Below, one piece after another: positions 54,819 through 64,000 of a DNA stretch of 64,000 nucleotides. The stretch comes from an uncultured Verrucomicrobiae bacterium. GTDB taxonomy: Bacteria > Verrucomicrobiota > Verrucomicrobiia > Chthoniobacterales > JAATET01. Within the stretch, counting starts at the first letter, position 1; each line of letters begins with the position of its first letter. The position numbers were made by a program, and so were the translations under genes. The DNA lies in NCBI GenBank assembly GCA_963740185.1, contig CAVUDH010000001.1, positions 60,752 through 124,751 of the forward strand, written 5' to 3'. The notes beneath the pieces are model-generated. The model had not been told where the DNA came from. It saw nothing but the letters and a program-made list of their open reading frames with translations, and ran no database searches.

Positions 54819-55772
54819 ATGGCCCGAACAAATATCACGAAGCGAGTGCGCGAAGCCGGTGAAAAAATCACCGAACGCCGCCGCCGCCCCGAGCATCACA
54901 TCACCATGAAGCCCGGCTCCGGCTGGCACAAACGCAACTTCCTCTCCGAAGTCCTCATCCCCTCTCTCTTCACCCGCCGCCTCGGCTCCAACCTCAAGCC
55001 CGACTTCCCCCCCATCGGCGAAAACCAGATCTGCATCACCTGGACCGGCCACGCCTCCTTCCTCATCCAGACCGCCCGCACCTCCATCCTGATCGACCCC
55101 AACTGGGCCAAGTGGCTCAAAGTCATCAAACGCATCAAGCACCCCGGCCTCGAGCTTCACGACCTCCCCGACATCGACCTCGTCCTCGTTACCCACGCCC
55201 ACTTCGACCACCTCGATAAAAAAACCCTCCGCGCCGTCGCCGACCAACAACCCATCGTCGTCCCGCAAAACGTCGGCAGCCTCGTCAAGAATCTCGGCTT
55301 CCACGTCGTCCACGAACTCCCCGTCTGGGAATCCATCCAGCACGACGACGTCCGCGTCACCCTCACCCCCGCCTATCACTGGGGCGCCCGCGTGCTCCAC
55401 GACGTCCACCGCGGCTTCGGCGGCTTCCTCATCGAAGTCGGCGACCGCACCATTCTCCACTGCGGCGACAGCGCCTACGTCCCCGGATTTTTCGAAAAAA
55501 TCGCCGACCGCCACGACGTCGAGATCGCCCTCCTCCCGATCGGAGCCTACGAGGCCCCCAGCAAACGCGACGTCCACATGAATCCCGAGCAGGCCCTCCT
55601 CGCCTTCCAGGAGCTCCGCGCCCGCACCCTCATCCCCATGCACTACGGCACCTTCCGCCTCAGCTACGAGCCGCCCACCGAGCCCCCCCAGCGCCTCTGC
55701 GAAGCCGCCCAAAAAGTCGGCCTCCTCCAAAACGTCCACGTCCTCACCGAAGGCCAACCCGTCCTCTTTTAA
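54819..55772 (+). CDS. MBL-fold metallo-hydrolase (RomA/NAPE-PLD-like); start may be 54906
   Basis: ITWTGHASFLI, ILIDP, THAHFDHLD, PAYHWGAR, HCGDSAY, LPIGAY, HMNPEQA, IPMHYGTF. Confidence 0.9.
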   Translation: MARTNITKRVREAGEKITERRRRPEHHITMKPGSGWHKRNFLSEVLIPSLFTRRLGSNLKPDFPPIGENQICITWTGHASFLIQTARTSILIDPNWAKWLKVIKRIKHPGLELHDLPDIDLVLVTHAHFDHLDKKTLRAVADQQPIVVPQNVGSLVKNLGFHVVHELPVWESIQHDDVRVTLTPAYHWGARVLHDVHRGFGGFLIEVGDRTILHCGDSAYVPGFFEKIADRHDVEIALLPIGAYEAPSKRDVHMNPEQALLAFQELRARTLIPMHYGTFRLSYEPPTEPPQRLCEAAQKVGLLQNVHVLTEGQPVLF

Positions 55773-55794
55773 TCTTCGGGAGAACACTCACCAT

Positions 55795-55860
55795 GGGGAT
55801 CACGCCCTTCCAGGGCGTCCGCGACGGGCTTCCAGCCCGTCGCAGCTGCACGCAAGTGCA
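55795..55860. repeat. Three-hairpin REP-like element, copy 3
   Basis: ggggat-c-acgccc ttcca gggcgt-cc-gcgacgggc ttcca gcccgtcgc-agc-tgcac gcaa gtgca. Confidence 0.75.
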
Positions 55861-55981
55861 CCACGAAGTGGCCTCACCACCCAAACCCCTCGACCACCCC
55901 GGAAATTCCCCCAACCCCGACGGTTGATTTCCCTCGAGAATCATCCACTCTGTAGCGCCACCGAATCCGCTCCGACTCTTC

Positions 55982-57613
55982 ATGATCCTCGACACCCTTA
56001 AGTTTCTCCTCATCTGCGTTGAGGTCATCCTGATCTTCAACCTCATGATCCTCGTCCACGAATGGGGTCACTACCTCGCCGCCCGTTGGCGCGGACTCGT
56101 CGTCGAGAAGTTCGCCATCTGGTTCGGCAAGCCCCTTTGGAAGAAGACCATCAACGGCGTCGAATACCGCCTCGGCTCCATCCCCGCCGGTGGCTACGTC
56201 GCCATTCCTCAGCTCGCCCCCATGGAGCTCCTCGAAGGCGAGGTCGAAAACGACCGCGCCAAATATCCACCCATCGGCCCGCTCGACAAGATCATCGTCG
56301 CCGCCGCCGGACCCCTCTTCTCCATCCTCCTCGCGTTCTTTTTCGCCGTCCTCGTCTGGGGCCTCGGCCGCCCAGTCGGCGAGATGGAGACCAGCACCAC
56401 CGTCGGGTACACCGTCGAAGATGGCCCCGCCGCCCAGGCCGGCATCCTCCCTGGCGACCGGATCGTTTCCATCGACGGCAAGGAAGTCACCCAGTTCGGT
56501 CCCGCCGGCAACTCCCGCCAAAGCATCGTTTGGAACATCGCCAGCAGCGAAGACCCCACCATCGCCGTCGAGGTCGACCGCGACGGCACCCGGCAGACCT
56601 TCGACATCACCCCCGCCACCCCACCCCGCAACGGCTGGGGTCGGGCCAATCTCCGCCAGATCGGCATCCTCCCCTCCGTCACTCCGAAGATTGCCACCGT
56701 CGCCGACGGCAGCCCCGAGCAAACCGCCGGCTTCCAATCCGGCGACATCATCCTCGAAGCCGACGGCCAACCCGTCCGCAGCTTCCTCCAGCTCTCCACC
56801 CTTCTCGACGAAACCGGCGGCCAACCCCTCCCGGTCACCGTCCAGCGCGGCGAAGAATCCCTCGAGCTCCTCCTCCCAGCCGTCGCGCCCACCGTCGGCA
56901 GCCTCGTCAAAGACGGCCCCGCCTCGCGGGCCGGACTTCAGGAGAACGACGTCATCCTGACCGTCGACGGAGCCCCGCTCACCAGCCGCACGGCCTTCTC
57001 CGAGCAACTCACCGCCGGCGGCGGTCAGCCCGTTGAACTCACGATCCAGCGCGGCACCGAGACCATCACCACCACCGTCACCCCAGCCGTTCCGACGGAC
57101 GGCACCGATCCCAAGGTCGGCATCGCCTGGGCCAACGGCGGCATCAGTTGGGACTTCGAAGGTCAGCTCCACCGCGTCCATCCGAATCCCTTCCAGCAGA
57201 TCCAATCCAGCATGACCATGATGGCAGACACCCTCGGCGCGGTCATCTCGACCAAATCCGAAATCGGCCTCCAGCACCTCAGCGGCCCCGTCGGCATCAT
57301 GAACGTCTACTACCGCCTCTTCGAGCGGCAGGACGGTTGGCTCCTCGCGATCTGGTTCAGCGTCGTCCTCAACGTCAATCTCGCCCTTCTGAATCTCCTC
57401 CCGATCCCCGTCCTCGACGGCGGCCACATCACGCTCGCCATCATCGAGAAAATCATGCGCCGACCGGTCAACGTTCGCATCCTCGAGTTCCTGCAGAACG
57501 GCTTCGCCCTCGCGCTCATCGGCTTCATGCTCTACGTCACCTTCTACGACGTCATCGATCTCCACCTCTTCGGCGGCGGCGACTCCGCCCCGACGATGGA
57601 ATTCAAAAAGTAA
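55982..57613 (+). CDS. rseP: RIP metalloprotease RseP (M50) with about three PDZ domains
   Basis: VHEWGH, IPAGGYV, AAGP, PDZ repeats, LSGPVGI, NLLPIPVLDGGH. Confidence 0.95.
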   Translation: MILDTLKFLLICVEVILIFNLMILVHEWGHYLAARWRGLVVEKFAIWFGKPLWKKTINGVEYRLGSIPAGGYVAIPQLAPMELLEGEVENDRAKYPPIGPLDKIIVAAAGPLFSILLAFFFAVLVWGLGRPVGEMETSTTVGYTVEDGPAAQAGILPGDRIVSIDGKEVTQFGPAGNSRQSIVWNIASSEDPTIAVEVDRDGTRQTFDITPATPPRNGWGRANLRQIGILPSVTPKIATVADGSPEQTAGFQSGDIILEADGQPVRSFLQLSTLLDETGGQPLPVTVQRGEESLELLLPAVAPTVGSLVKDGPASRAGLQENDVILTVDGAPLTSRTAFSEQLTAGGGQPVELTIQRGTETITTTVTPAVPTDGTDPKVGIAWANGGISWDFEGQLHRVHPNPFQQIQSSMTMMADTLGAVISTKSEIGLQHLSGPVGIMNVYYRLFERQDGWLLAIWFSVVLNVNLALLNLLPIPVLDGGHITLAIIEKIMRRPVNVRILEFLQNGFALALIGFMLYVTFYDVIDLHLFGGGDSAPTMEFKK

Positions 57614-57625
57614 CTCCGTCCGCCC

Positions 57626-59466
57626 GTGCCAATCGAAAATCGAAAATCGAAAATCGAAAATCGAGAGGTCCACGTCGGCAACGTCACCATCGGCGGCGCC
57701 AACCCGATCCGCGTCCAGTCCATGATCACCTCGGACACGATGGACACCGAGGCCTGCATTCAGCAGACCCTCGCCCTCGTCGCCGCCGGTTGCGAAATCG
57801 TCCGCATCACCGCACCCACCATCAAGGACGCCGCGAACCTCGAGTTCATTAAAAAAGGCCTCCTCGCCCGCGGCTGCGACGTCCCGCTCGTCGCCGACAT
57901 CCATTTCAAACCCGCCGCCGCCCTCGAAGCCGCCCGCTGGGTCGAAAAAGTCCGCATCAATCCCGGCAACTTCGTCGACTCCAAAAAGTTCAAGACCCGC
58001 GAATACACGGACCTCGAATACGCCGCCGAGCTCGATCGCATCCGCGAAGCCTTCACCCCGCTCGTCACCCTTTGCAAAGACCTCGGTCGCGCCATGCGGA
58101 TCGGCACGAATCACGGCAGCCTCAGCGACCGCATCATGAACCGCTACGGCGACACGCCGCTCGGCATGGTCGAGAGCGCCCTCGAGTTTGCCCGCATCGC
58201 CCGCGACCTCGACTACCACAACTTCGTCTTCTCCATGAAGGCGAGCAATCCCAAGGTCATGATCCAGGCCTACCGTTTACTGGTCGCTCGTCTCGCTGCG
58301 CTCGACGAGCAACCAATGGGAAATGTGGAATGTGGAATGAGAAATGAAAGTGACTCCATTTCTCATTCCGCATTTCAAATTTCTCATCCCTCTTGGAACT
58401 ACCCAATCCACGTCGGCGTCACCGAAGCGGGCGACGGCGAAGACGGCCGCATCAAGAGCGCCATCGGCATCGGCAGCCTCCTCCACGACGGCATCGGCGA
58501 CACCGTCCGCGTCTCGCTCACCGAAGACAGCATCCACGAGATCCCCGTCGCGAAGGAACTCATCTCCGTGGCATCGGCTTCCACCCAACCCCGCGAAGCG
58601 GGGCACTCCATTTCTCATTCCACATTTCACATTTCAAATTATGCCCGCCGTTGCTCAAGTCGGCTCTTAATCACAGACACCCCGCTCGGCGGCACCGAAA
58701 CCATCCGCATCGTCGTCCACCGCCCGACCTACGACGCCCTCGCCCACAAGCTCGACAAGCTCGGCGACTACCAGCCCGAGATCATCCTCGATCAAGCCGG
58801 CCTCACCGAGATCGACCCCACCGATGACGACGCCATCGCCACGGCCAACGCCAGCCGCACCGCCCTCTTCGTCACCATCCCCGACACCTGCACCCTCCCC
58901 GTCATCGACGCCTACCGCCTTTTGGCACAAAAGCTCGACCCCCGCCACCCCCTCCTCCTCAAGGACACTTTCTGGATTCATCGAGTGTCGATTCTCGAGT
59001 TTCGAGTCTGCTGACTGCGGCGACGAATCTCGGTTCCCTCCTCTGCGACGGCATCGGCGACGCCATCCTCATCCAGGGCGAGCCCGCCCCCGGCCAATCC
59101 CTCCGCCTCGCCTACCACATTCTCCAGGCCGCCGGAGCCCGCATTTTCAAGACCGACTACGTCGCCTGCCCGAGTTGCGGCCGCACCCTCTTCAACCTCC
59201 AGGCCACCACCGCCCGCATCCGCGCCAGCACCGATCACCTCAAAGGCGTCCGCATCGCGATCATGGGCTGCATCGTCAACGGACCCGGCGAAATGGCCGA
59301 CGCCGATTTCGGCTACGTCGGCGGTGCTCCCGGCAAGATCAACCTCTACGTCGGCAAGACGGCGGTGAAATTCAACATCCCCGAAGCCGAAGCCGTCGAC
59401 CGCCTCATCGACCTCATCCGCGACCACGGCAAATGGCAGGAACCACGAACGCCCATCGCCAACTAA
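57626..59466 (+). CDS. ispG: 4-hydroxy-3-methylbut-2-en-1-yl diphosphate synthase, long form (frameshifts at about 58970-59040)
   Basis: [68 protein letters not shown]. Confidence 0.95.
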
Positions 59467-59573
59467 ACGGGATTAACTTGATTCACAGGATTGACAGGAT
59501 TTTTGAAAAGAAATTTCAGACCCTTTCCTCAATCCTGTTAATCCAGAAAATCCTGCATAATCCTGTTTAGTTT
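59466..59573. repeat. Inverted 9-bp-period repeat element (CAGGATT/AATCCTG)
   Basis: acaggattgacaggatt ... aatcctgttaatcc..aatcctgcataatcctgtttagttt. Confidence 0.75.
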
Positions 59574-59579
59574 TTCCCA

Positions 59580-60320
59580 ATGCGTCTTCTCACCCTCTGC
59601 GCCATCAGCACCCTCTGCGGTTCCATCACCACCGCCACCGCCGCGCCCGTCCCCTCCGATTGCCGCCAGCTCATCGTCGGTCTCACCGACTCGTGGGACA
59701 GCTCCACCGGCACCATCCAGCTGTTCCAGCGCACCTCCGCCACCGCCCCCTGGACCCCCGTCTCCGACCAACGCCGCATCCAGCTCGGCAAAAACGGCAT
59801 CGCCTGGGGCCGTGGCGTCGCCGGTCAGGACCAGCCCGGCGCGAAAAAGCGCGAAGGCGACAAACGCGCCCCCGCCGGTCTCTTCGCCATCGGCAAAGTC
59901 TACACCTTCGACGACGCCCTCCCCGCCGGCGCCGACTACCCCTTCCACACCATCACCACCAGCGACGCCTGGATCGACGACGTCACCAACCCGCTTTACA
60001 ATCAGCACGTCACCGTCGACCCCGCCAACCCGCCCGCCTGGTTCGCGAAGCAGGCCATGCGTCACAACGACCCGCCGCACCGCTGGCTCGTCGAGATCCG
60101 TCACAACGCCGACCCGCCCGTCCCCGGAGCCGGATCCGCCATTTTCTTCCACCTCCAACGCGGCCCCAACCGCAAAACCGCAGGCTGCACCGTTATGCCC
60201 GAAGACACCCTCATCCCCATCATCAGATGGCTCCGCGCGTCCGCCCACCCCCACTACGTTCTTTTGCCCACAGCCGACTACCAACGCCTCCAAAAGGATT
60301 GGAAACTCCCGCCGCGCTGA
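59580..60320 (+). CDS. Secreted L,D-transpeptidase (YkuD-like) family protein
   Basis: LGKNGIAWGRG, KREGDKRAPAGLF, GSAIFFH...TAGC. Confidence 0.85.
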   Translation: MRLLTLCAISTLCGSITTATAAPVPSDCRQLIVGLTDSWDSSTGTIQLFQRTSATAPWTPVSDQRRIQLGKNGIAWGRGVAGQDQPGAKKREGDKRAPAGLFAIGKVYTFDDALPAGADYPFHTITTSDAWIDDVTNPLYNQHVTVDPANPPAWFAKQAMRHNDPPHRWLVEIRHNADPPVPGAGSAIFFHLQRGPNRKTAGCTVMPEDTLIPIIRWLRASAHPHYVLLPTADYQRLQKDWKLPPR

Positions 60321-60326
60321 AACTTC

Positions 60327-60350
60327 GTAGAAGCGGAGGTCACGACGCTC
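60327..60350. repeat. GTAG-footed REP-like unit
   Basis: gtagaagcggaggtcacgacgctc. Confidence 0.6.
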
Positions 60351-60434
60351 CTCACTTCCGCCAACCCAACGCCTTCGCGACTGCCAGCAATTTCATTTGC
60401 TCCCCAGCGAACCCCGGTGTTACTTACACCCATT

Positions 60435-60668
60435 ATGAATACACTCGCCTTCGGTATGCCCGGTTTCCCGGAATGGATAATGATCGCTGTCATTGTGCTG
60501 GTCCTTTTCGGGGCCAAGCGACTCCCCGAACTCGCCCGCGGCATTGGCCAAAGCCTCGGGGAATTTCGCAAAGCGAAGGACGAATTCGACCGCGAGATCA
60601 AAAAGACTGCGGCTGACCTCGACATCAAGGAGCCAGCCGGCAAACAGCCCCACAACCCGACCGTTTGA
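60435..60668 (+). CDS. tatA: Twin-arginine translocase subunit TatA/E
   Basis: GFPEWIMIAVIVLVLFGAKRLPELARGIGQSLGEFRKA. Confidence 0.95.
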   Translation: MNTLAFGMPGFPEWIMIAVIVLVLFGAKRLPELARGIGQSLGEFRKAKDEFDREIKKTAADLDIKEPAGKQPHNPTV

Positions 60669-61747
60669 GAGGCCTGGTCTCCGCCCTCGATCCGATCCCC
60701 TTTCGAGTGCTCCTCCGCAGCCTCGTCGGCGCGTTTGTCGTATCGGCAATCACGACTGCTCCGCTCTACGCATCCGCCGCCCCACCCGCACCGACGCCAT
60801 CTCCGGCAGCGACACCTGCGGCGACGGCGACGCCCCAGCCTTCAGCCCCGCCCGCTCCGGTCACCGAGAGCAAGGCCACGACCGAAACGGCAACGGAGCC
60901 AAAACCAATTTCCGTCGCCGTCTACAACGTCGAAAATTGGCTCGCCATGAGCCGGACGGTCAACGGAGAGCGCGACGAAAACGCGCCGAAGCCCGAGGAA
61001 GAAAAGGAAGCGGTCGTCGACGTCATCTCCGGCCTTTCGCCCGACATCATCGGGATCATCGAAATCGGACCGGAATCTGATCTCGCGGATCTTCGGGACC
61101 GCCTCGCCTCCAAGGGGCTCGACTACGCCGACTCCGAACACGTCAAAGCCGCCGACAAAAGCCGTCACGTCGCGCTCCTCAGCAAATTCCCCATCGTCGC
61201 GCGCAATTCAAAAACCGACGTCAAATTCGACATGGGAGGGATTCTTCGGCCCATGTCTCGCGGTATCCTCGACGTCACCGTGCAGGTCAACCCCGAGTAT
61301 CAGCTCCGGATTCTTGGAGTTCATTTCAAATCCAAACGAGACGTCCCCGACTACGACCAAGCCTCCATGCGGGCCCGGGAAGCCCTCTACCTGAAAAACT
61401 ACGCCAACCGGATCATCGAAGAAAATCCCGAGGAAAACCTTCTCCTCCTGGGTGACTTCAACGACACCCGCAACGAATACCCAATTCGGGAACTCCTCGG
61501 CGGGAGCGGCGATCAATACCGCCTCACCGCCATCGACCTCGTCGATCCCATCGGCGACCGCTGGACCCACTACTGGGAATGGGCAGACCTTTATTCCCGA
61601 ATCGACTTCCTCATCGCCAACAGCGCTCTACTTCCGGAAATCGTTCCTGACTCCGGCGGCATCGATCGATCCGAGAATTTTCGCGTCGGCAGCGATCACC
61701 GCGCCCTGCACCTCCAGATCGCGCCAGAAAACGTCCCGGCAAATTAG
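60665..61747 (+). CDS. Secreted endonuclease/exonuclease/phosphatase family protein
   Basis: YNVEN, PDIIGIIE, VHFKSKR, LLGDFND, RIDFL, GSDH. Confidence 0.88.
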   Translation: MRGLVSALDPIPFRVLLRSLVGAFVVSAITTAPLYASAAPPAPTPSPAATPAATATPQPSAPPAPVTESKATTETATEPKPISVAVYNVENWLAMSRTVNGERDENAPKPEEEKEAVVDVISGLSPDIIGIIEIGPESDLADLRDRLASKGLDYADSEHVKAADKSRHVALLSKFPIVARNSKTDVKFDMGGILRPMSRGILDVTVQVNPEYQLRILGVHFKSKRDVPDYDQASMRAREALYLKNYANRIIEENPEENLLLLGDFNDTRNEYPIRELLGGSGDQYRLTAIDLVDPIGDRWTHYWEWADLYSRIDFLIANSALLPEIVPDSGGIDRSENFRVGSDHRALHLQIAPENVPAN

Positions 61748-61825
61748 ACAGAACCGACAGGATTTCAGCGCCCCCCTCACCAAATCCCGTTAATCCTGCT
61801 CATCCTGCATAATCCTGTTTAGTTT
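61745..61825. repeat. Inverted 9-bp-period repeat element, second copy
   Basis: agacagaaccgacaggattt ... aaatcccgttaatcctgctcatcctgcataatcctgtttagttt. Confidence 0.72.
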
Positions 61826-61831
61826 CCCTCA

Positions 61832-62869
61832 GTGCGCGCCGCCCTCCTCCTAGCGTTTCTCCTCCCACTGACCTTCCTCCACGCCGGCCCGGACGAAGAT
61901 TGGGCCGTCATCCTCGAACTCGACAAAGGCCCGCAAGCCGACCCGACCAGTCGCGACGAAGCGCTGCGCCTGGCGCGCTCCCACTTCGAGAAACACCGGG
62001 CCGCCATCCGACGATTCATCGCCGAAAACCCCGACGACCCCCGCGTCTTCGACGCCCAGCTCCGCCTCACCAGCATCGACGCGACCGAAGGCAGCATGGC
62101 CAACCAGCCCGCCCTCGTCACCGAGGCCCTGCGCGACCTCATGCGGCTCGAGAAATCCCCCGGCATCTCCCGGCAGCGCCTCGCCGACGTCACCTTCCGG
62201 CGCATCTCCCTGCAAATGCAGACCATCAAAGGCCGCGATCAAGACATCCGCGAAGCCATCGTCACCGCCGCCACAAACTTCGCCACCCGCTTTCCCGACG
62301 ACATCCGTTCTCCCCGCCTCCTCGTCGAAGCCGCCACCCTCTGCGACGAAGTCCCCGAGACCATGCGCGACCTCCTCACCCGCGCCCGCAAGCTGTCCAA
62401 AGAGCCCGCGCTCGACGCCCGCATCGACGACGACCTCCGCCGCATGGACGCCCTCGGTCGCCCCGTCGAAGCTACTTTCCAAGTCATCGACGGACGCACC
62501 GTCGACATCGCCCGGCTCCGGGGCCGCGTCGTGGTCCTGGTCTTCTGGGCCGCCGAGTCCCCGCATTCCGTGGTCTGGATGCGCGACTTCATCGACACCC
62601 TCCGCAAGATCCCCAAGGAAGACCTGCAAATCATCACCGTCAGCCTCGATGAAAACCGCGCGAGTCTCGACGACGCCCTCCGCGCCTTCGACATCGACTG
62701 GCCGACCTACTTCGACGGCAAAGGCTGGGAAAGCGACGTCGCCCGCCCCCTCGGCATCAACGCCCTCCCCACCGTCTGGGTCATCGACAAACGCGGCAAC
62801 CTCCGCGTCCTCAACGCCCGCAAGTCCCACCTCCAGTGGATCCGCAAACTCCAGCTCGAACGCGGCTGA
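61832..62869 (+). CDS. Secreted TlpA/ResA-like thioredoxin-fold protein lacking CxxC
   Basis: Helical N-domain; LRGRVVVLVFWAAESPHS, VSLDE, WPTYFDGKGW, GINALPTVWVIDKRG. Confidence 0.82.
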   Translation: MRAALLLAFLLPLTFLHAGPDEDWAVILELDKGPQADPTSRDEALRLARSHFEKHRAAIRRFIAENPDDPRVFDAQLRLTSIDATEGSMANQPALVTEALRDLMRLEKSPGISRQRLADVTFRRISLQMQTIKGRDQDIREAIVTAATNFATRFPDDIRSPRLLVEAATLCDEVPETMRDLLTRARKLSKEPALDARIDDDLRRMDALGRPVEATFQVIDGRTVDIARLRGRVVVLVFWAAESPHSVVWMRDFIDTLRKIPKEDLQIITVSLDENRASLDDALRAFDIDWPTYFDGKGWESDVARPLGINALPTVWVIDKRGNLRVLNARKSHLQWIRKLQLERG

Positions 62870-62914
62870 GCTGATCGACGAAAGAACGCACGCCTCCCAC
62901 AGACCCACGGCCAC

Positions 62915-63997
62915 ATGAGCGACCTGATCCTCTACACCACGGAAGACGGTCGGAGCCAAATCCAGCTCCGGGCTAAAGACCGGACCGTCTGGCTTTCTCA
63001 GCGAGAAATGGCGGATCTGTTCGCCGTCAGCGTCGACAACGTCGGCCTGCACCTCAAAAACATTTACGAGGATTCCGAACAAAGCCGGGAGGCAACTACC
63101 GAGGATTCCTCGGTAGTTCAAACCGAGGGAGAGCGCGAGGTTCAGCGCCCGCTCACACTCTACAACCTCGATGCCATCCTCGCCGTCGGCTACCGGGTGC
63201 GTTCGCCCCGGGGCGTGCAGTTCCGCCGCTGGGCGTCCACCATCCTGAAGGATTACCTCCTCAAGGGCTTCGCCATGGACGACGAACGGTTAAAGAGCCC
63301 CGATGGGCGCCCGGACCACTTCGACGAAATGCTGGAGCGCATCCGGGACATCCGGGCCTCCGAAAAACGCTTTTACCAGAAGGTGCGCGACCTTTTTGCA
63401 CTCTGTAGCGACTACGATAAAAGCGACCGCGCCACGCATCAATTCTTCGCCACCGTCCAGAACCTGCTCCTGTTCGCCGTCACCCGGAAAACCGCCGCTG
63501 AACTCATCACTGCCCGAGCCAACCGTGAGGATCCGAATTTCGGGCTCCTGCATTGGAAAGGAGCCAAAGTGCGCAAGCAGGACATCCTGACCGCCAAAAA
63601 CTACCTCACCGAGGACGAGATCGATACCCTGAACCGCCTCGTAGTGATCTTCCTGGAAACGGCGGAACTCCGAGCCAAGAACCGCCAGGAAACCCGCATG
63701 GGTTTCTGGAAGGACAACGTGGATCAGATCATTACGTCCAACGGCTTCCCCTTGCTCACTCACACCGGCTCGATCAGCCACGAGCAAATGGAGAGCGAAA
63801 CGAGCACGCTCTACGTCGAATACGACGACCGCCGCAAAAAGCAGGAAGCCTCGGAAGCGGATCAGCAGGACGATACCGAACTCAAAGCCCTCGAGGCCAA
63901 ACTCAAGAACCGGAAGAAGGCGATGTCAGCCGGCCCAAATGGAGCGGGAAAAACGACCTTCGCCCGGGAATTCCTGCCGCAGAGGCCGACTGGGTGA
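62915..63997 (+). CDS. RhuM family DNA-binding protein reading into a P-loop ATPase (zeta-toxin/AAA_33-like) fragment
   Basis: TVWLSQREMADLF, YNLDAILAVGYRVRSPRGVQFRRWA, GFAMDDERLK, IRDIRASEKRFYQK, AKNYLTEDE; ends AGPNGAGKTTFAREFLP. Confidence 0.88.
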   Translation: MSDLILYTTEDGRSQIQLRAKDRTVWLSQREMADLFAVSVDNVGLHLKNIYEDSEQSREATTEDSSVVQTEGEREVQRPLTLYNLDAILAVGYRVRSPRGVQFRRWASTILKDYLLKGFAMDDERLKSPDGRPDHFDEMLERIRDIRASEKRFYQKVRDLFALCSDYDKSDRATHQFFATVQNLLLFAVTRKTAAELITARANREDPNFGLLHWKGAKVRKQDILTAKNYLTEDEIDTLNRLVVIFLETAELRAKNRQETRMGFWKDNVDQIITSNGFPLLTHTGSISHEQMESETSTLYVEYDDRRKKQEASEADQQDDTELKALEAKLKNRKKAMSAGPNGAGKTTFAREFLPQRPTG

Positions 63998-64000
63998 TCG

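Noticed and set aside
54795-55000. 6S RNA upstream of the 5-formyl-THF cyclo-ligase gene
   Set aside because: The space is occupied by the divergent hydrolase CDS and no 6S-like long hairpin was recognised
53913-55787. Apparent long overlapping ORFs for the MBL hydrolase and the cyclo-ligase
   Set aside because: These are two divergent genes whose open frames extend into each other. Real starts are about 54794 (minus) and 54819 or 54906 (plus).
58315-58390. Intein or self-splicing intron in ispG
   Set aside because: Only 25 codons, with no intein splice-junction motifs and no group I/II intron core; treated as a repeat-derived insert

Overview
High-GC bacterial chromosome segment, very likely Verrucomicrobiota (Chthoniobacterales/Spartobacteria-like). 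This call rests on a Verru_Chthon pilin-like cassette, a PEP-CTERM gene, a double-length UvrA and a long-form IspG. Most of the window is housekeeping or metabolic: cfa-like cluster, murA, thiD, CBS-PPase, malQ, HU, uvrA, a partial alternative-complex-III/oxidase operon, rseP-ispG and tatA. Many genes carry single-base frameshifts, most simply explained as long-read consensus errors, and they are densest at about 41-48.7 kb. Four signals stand out. (1) A 15 kb polysaccharide-utilisation-like locus without SusCD, in which a four-gene pilin-like cassette with a consensus sigma-54 promoter sits among GH42, GH16, GntR, SSS transporter, CBM9-like and PEP-CTERM genes that share a candidate operator. 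(2) 7-bp tandem repeats, including a 75-nt inverted hairpin, inserted in frame into IspG, UvrA and other proteins. (3) A cbb3-subunit-I paralogue that has lost all six metal-ligand histidines. (4) A transporter-thioesterase fusion. Several REP-like palindrome families fill the intergenic spaces. No rRNA, tRNA or CRISPR array was seen. All family assignments come from motif recognition by eye, not from database searches.
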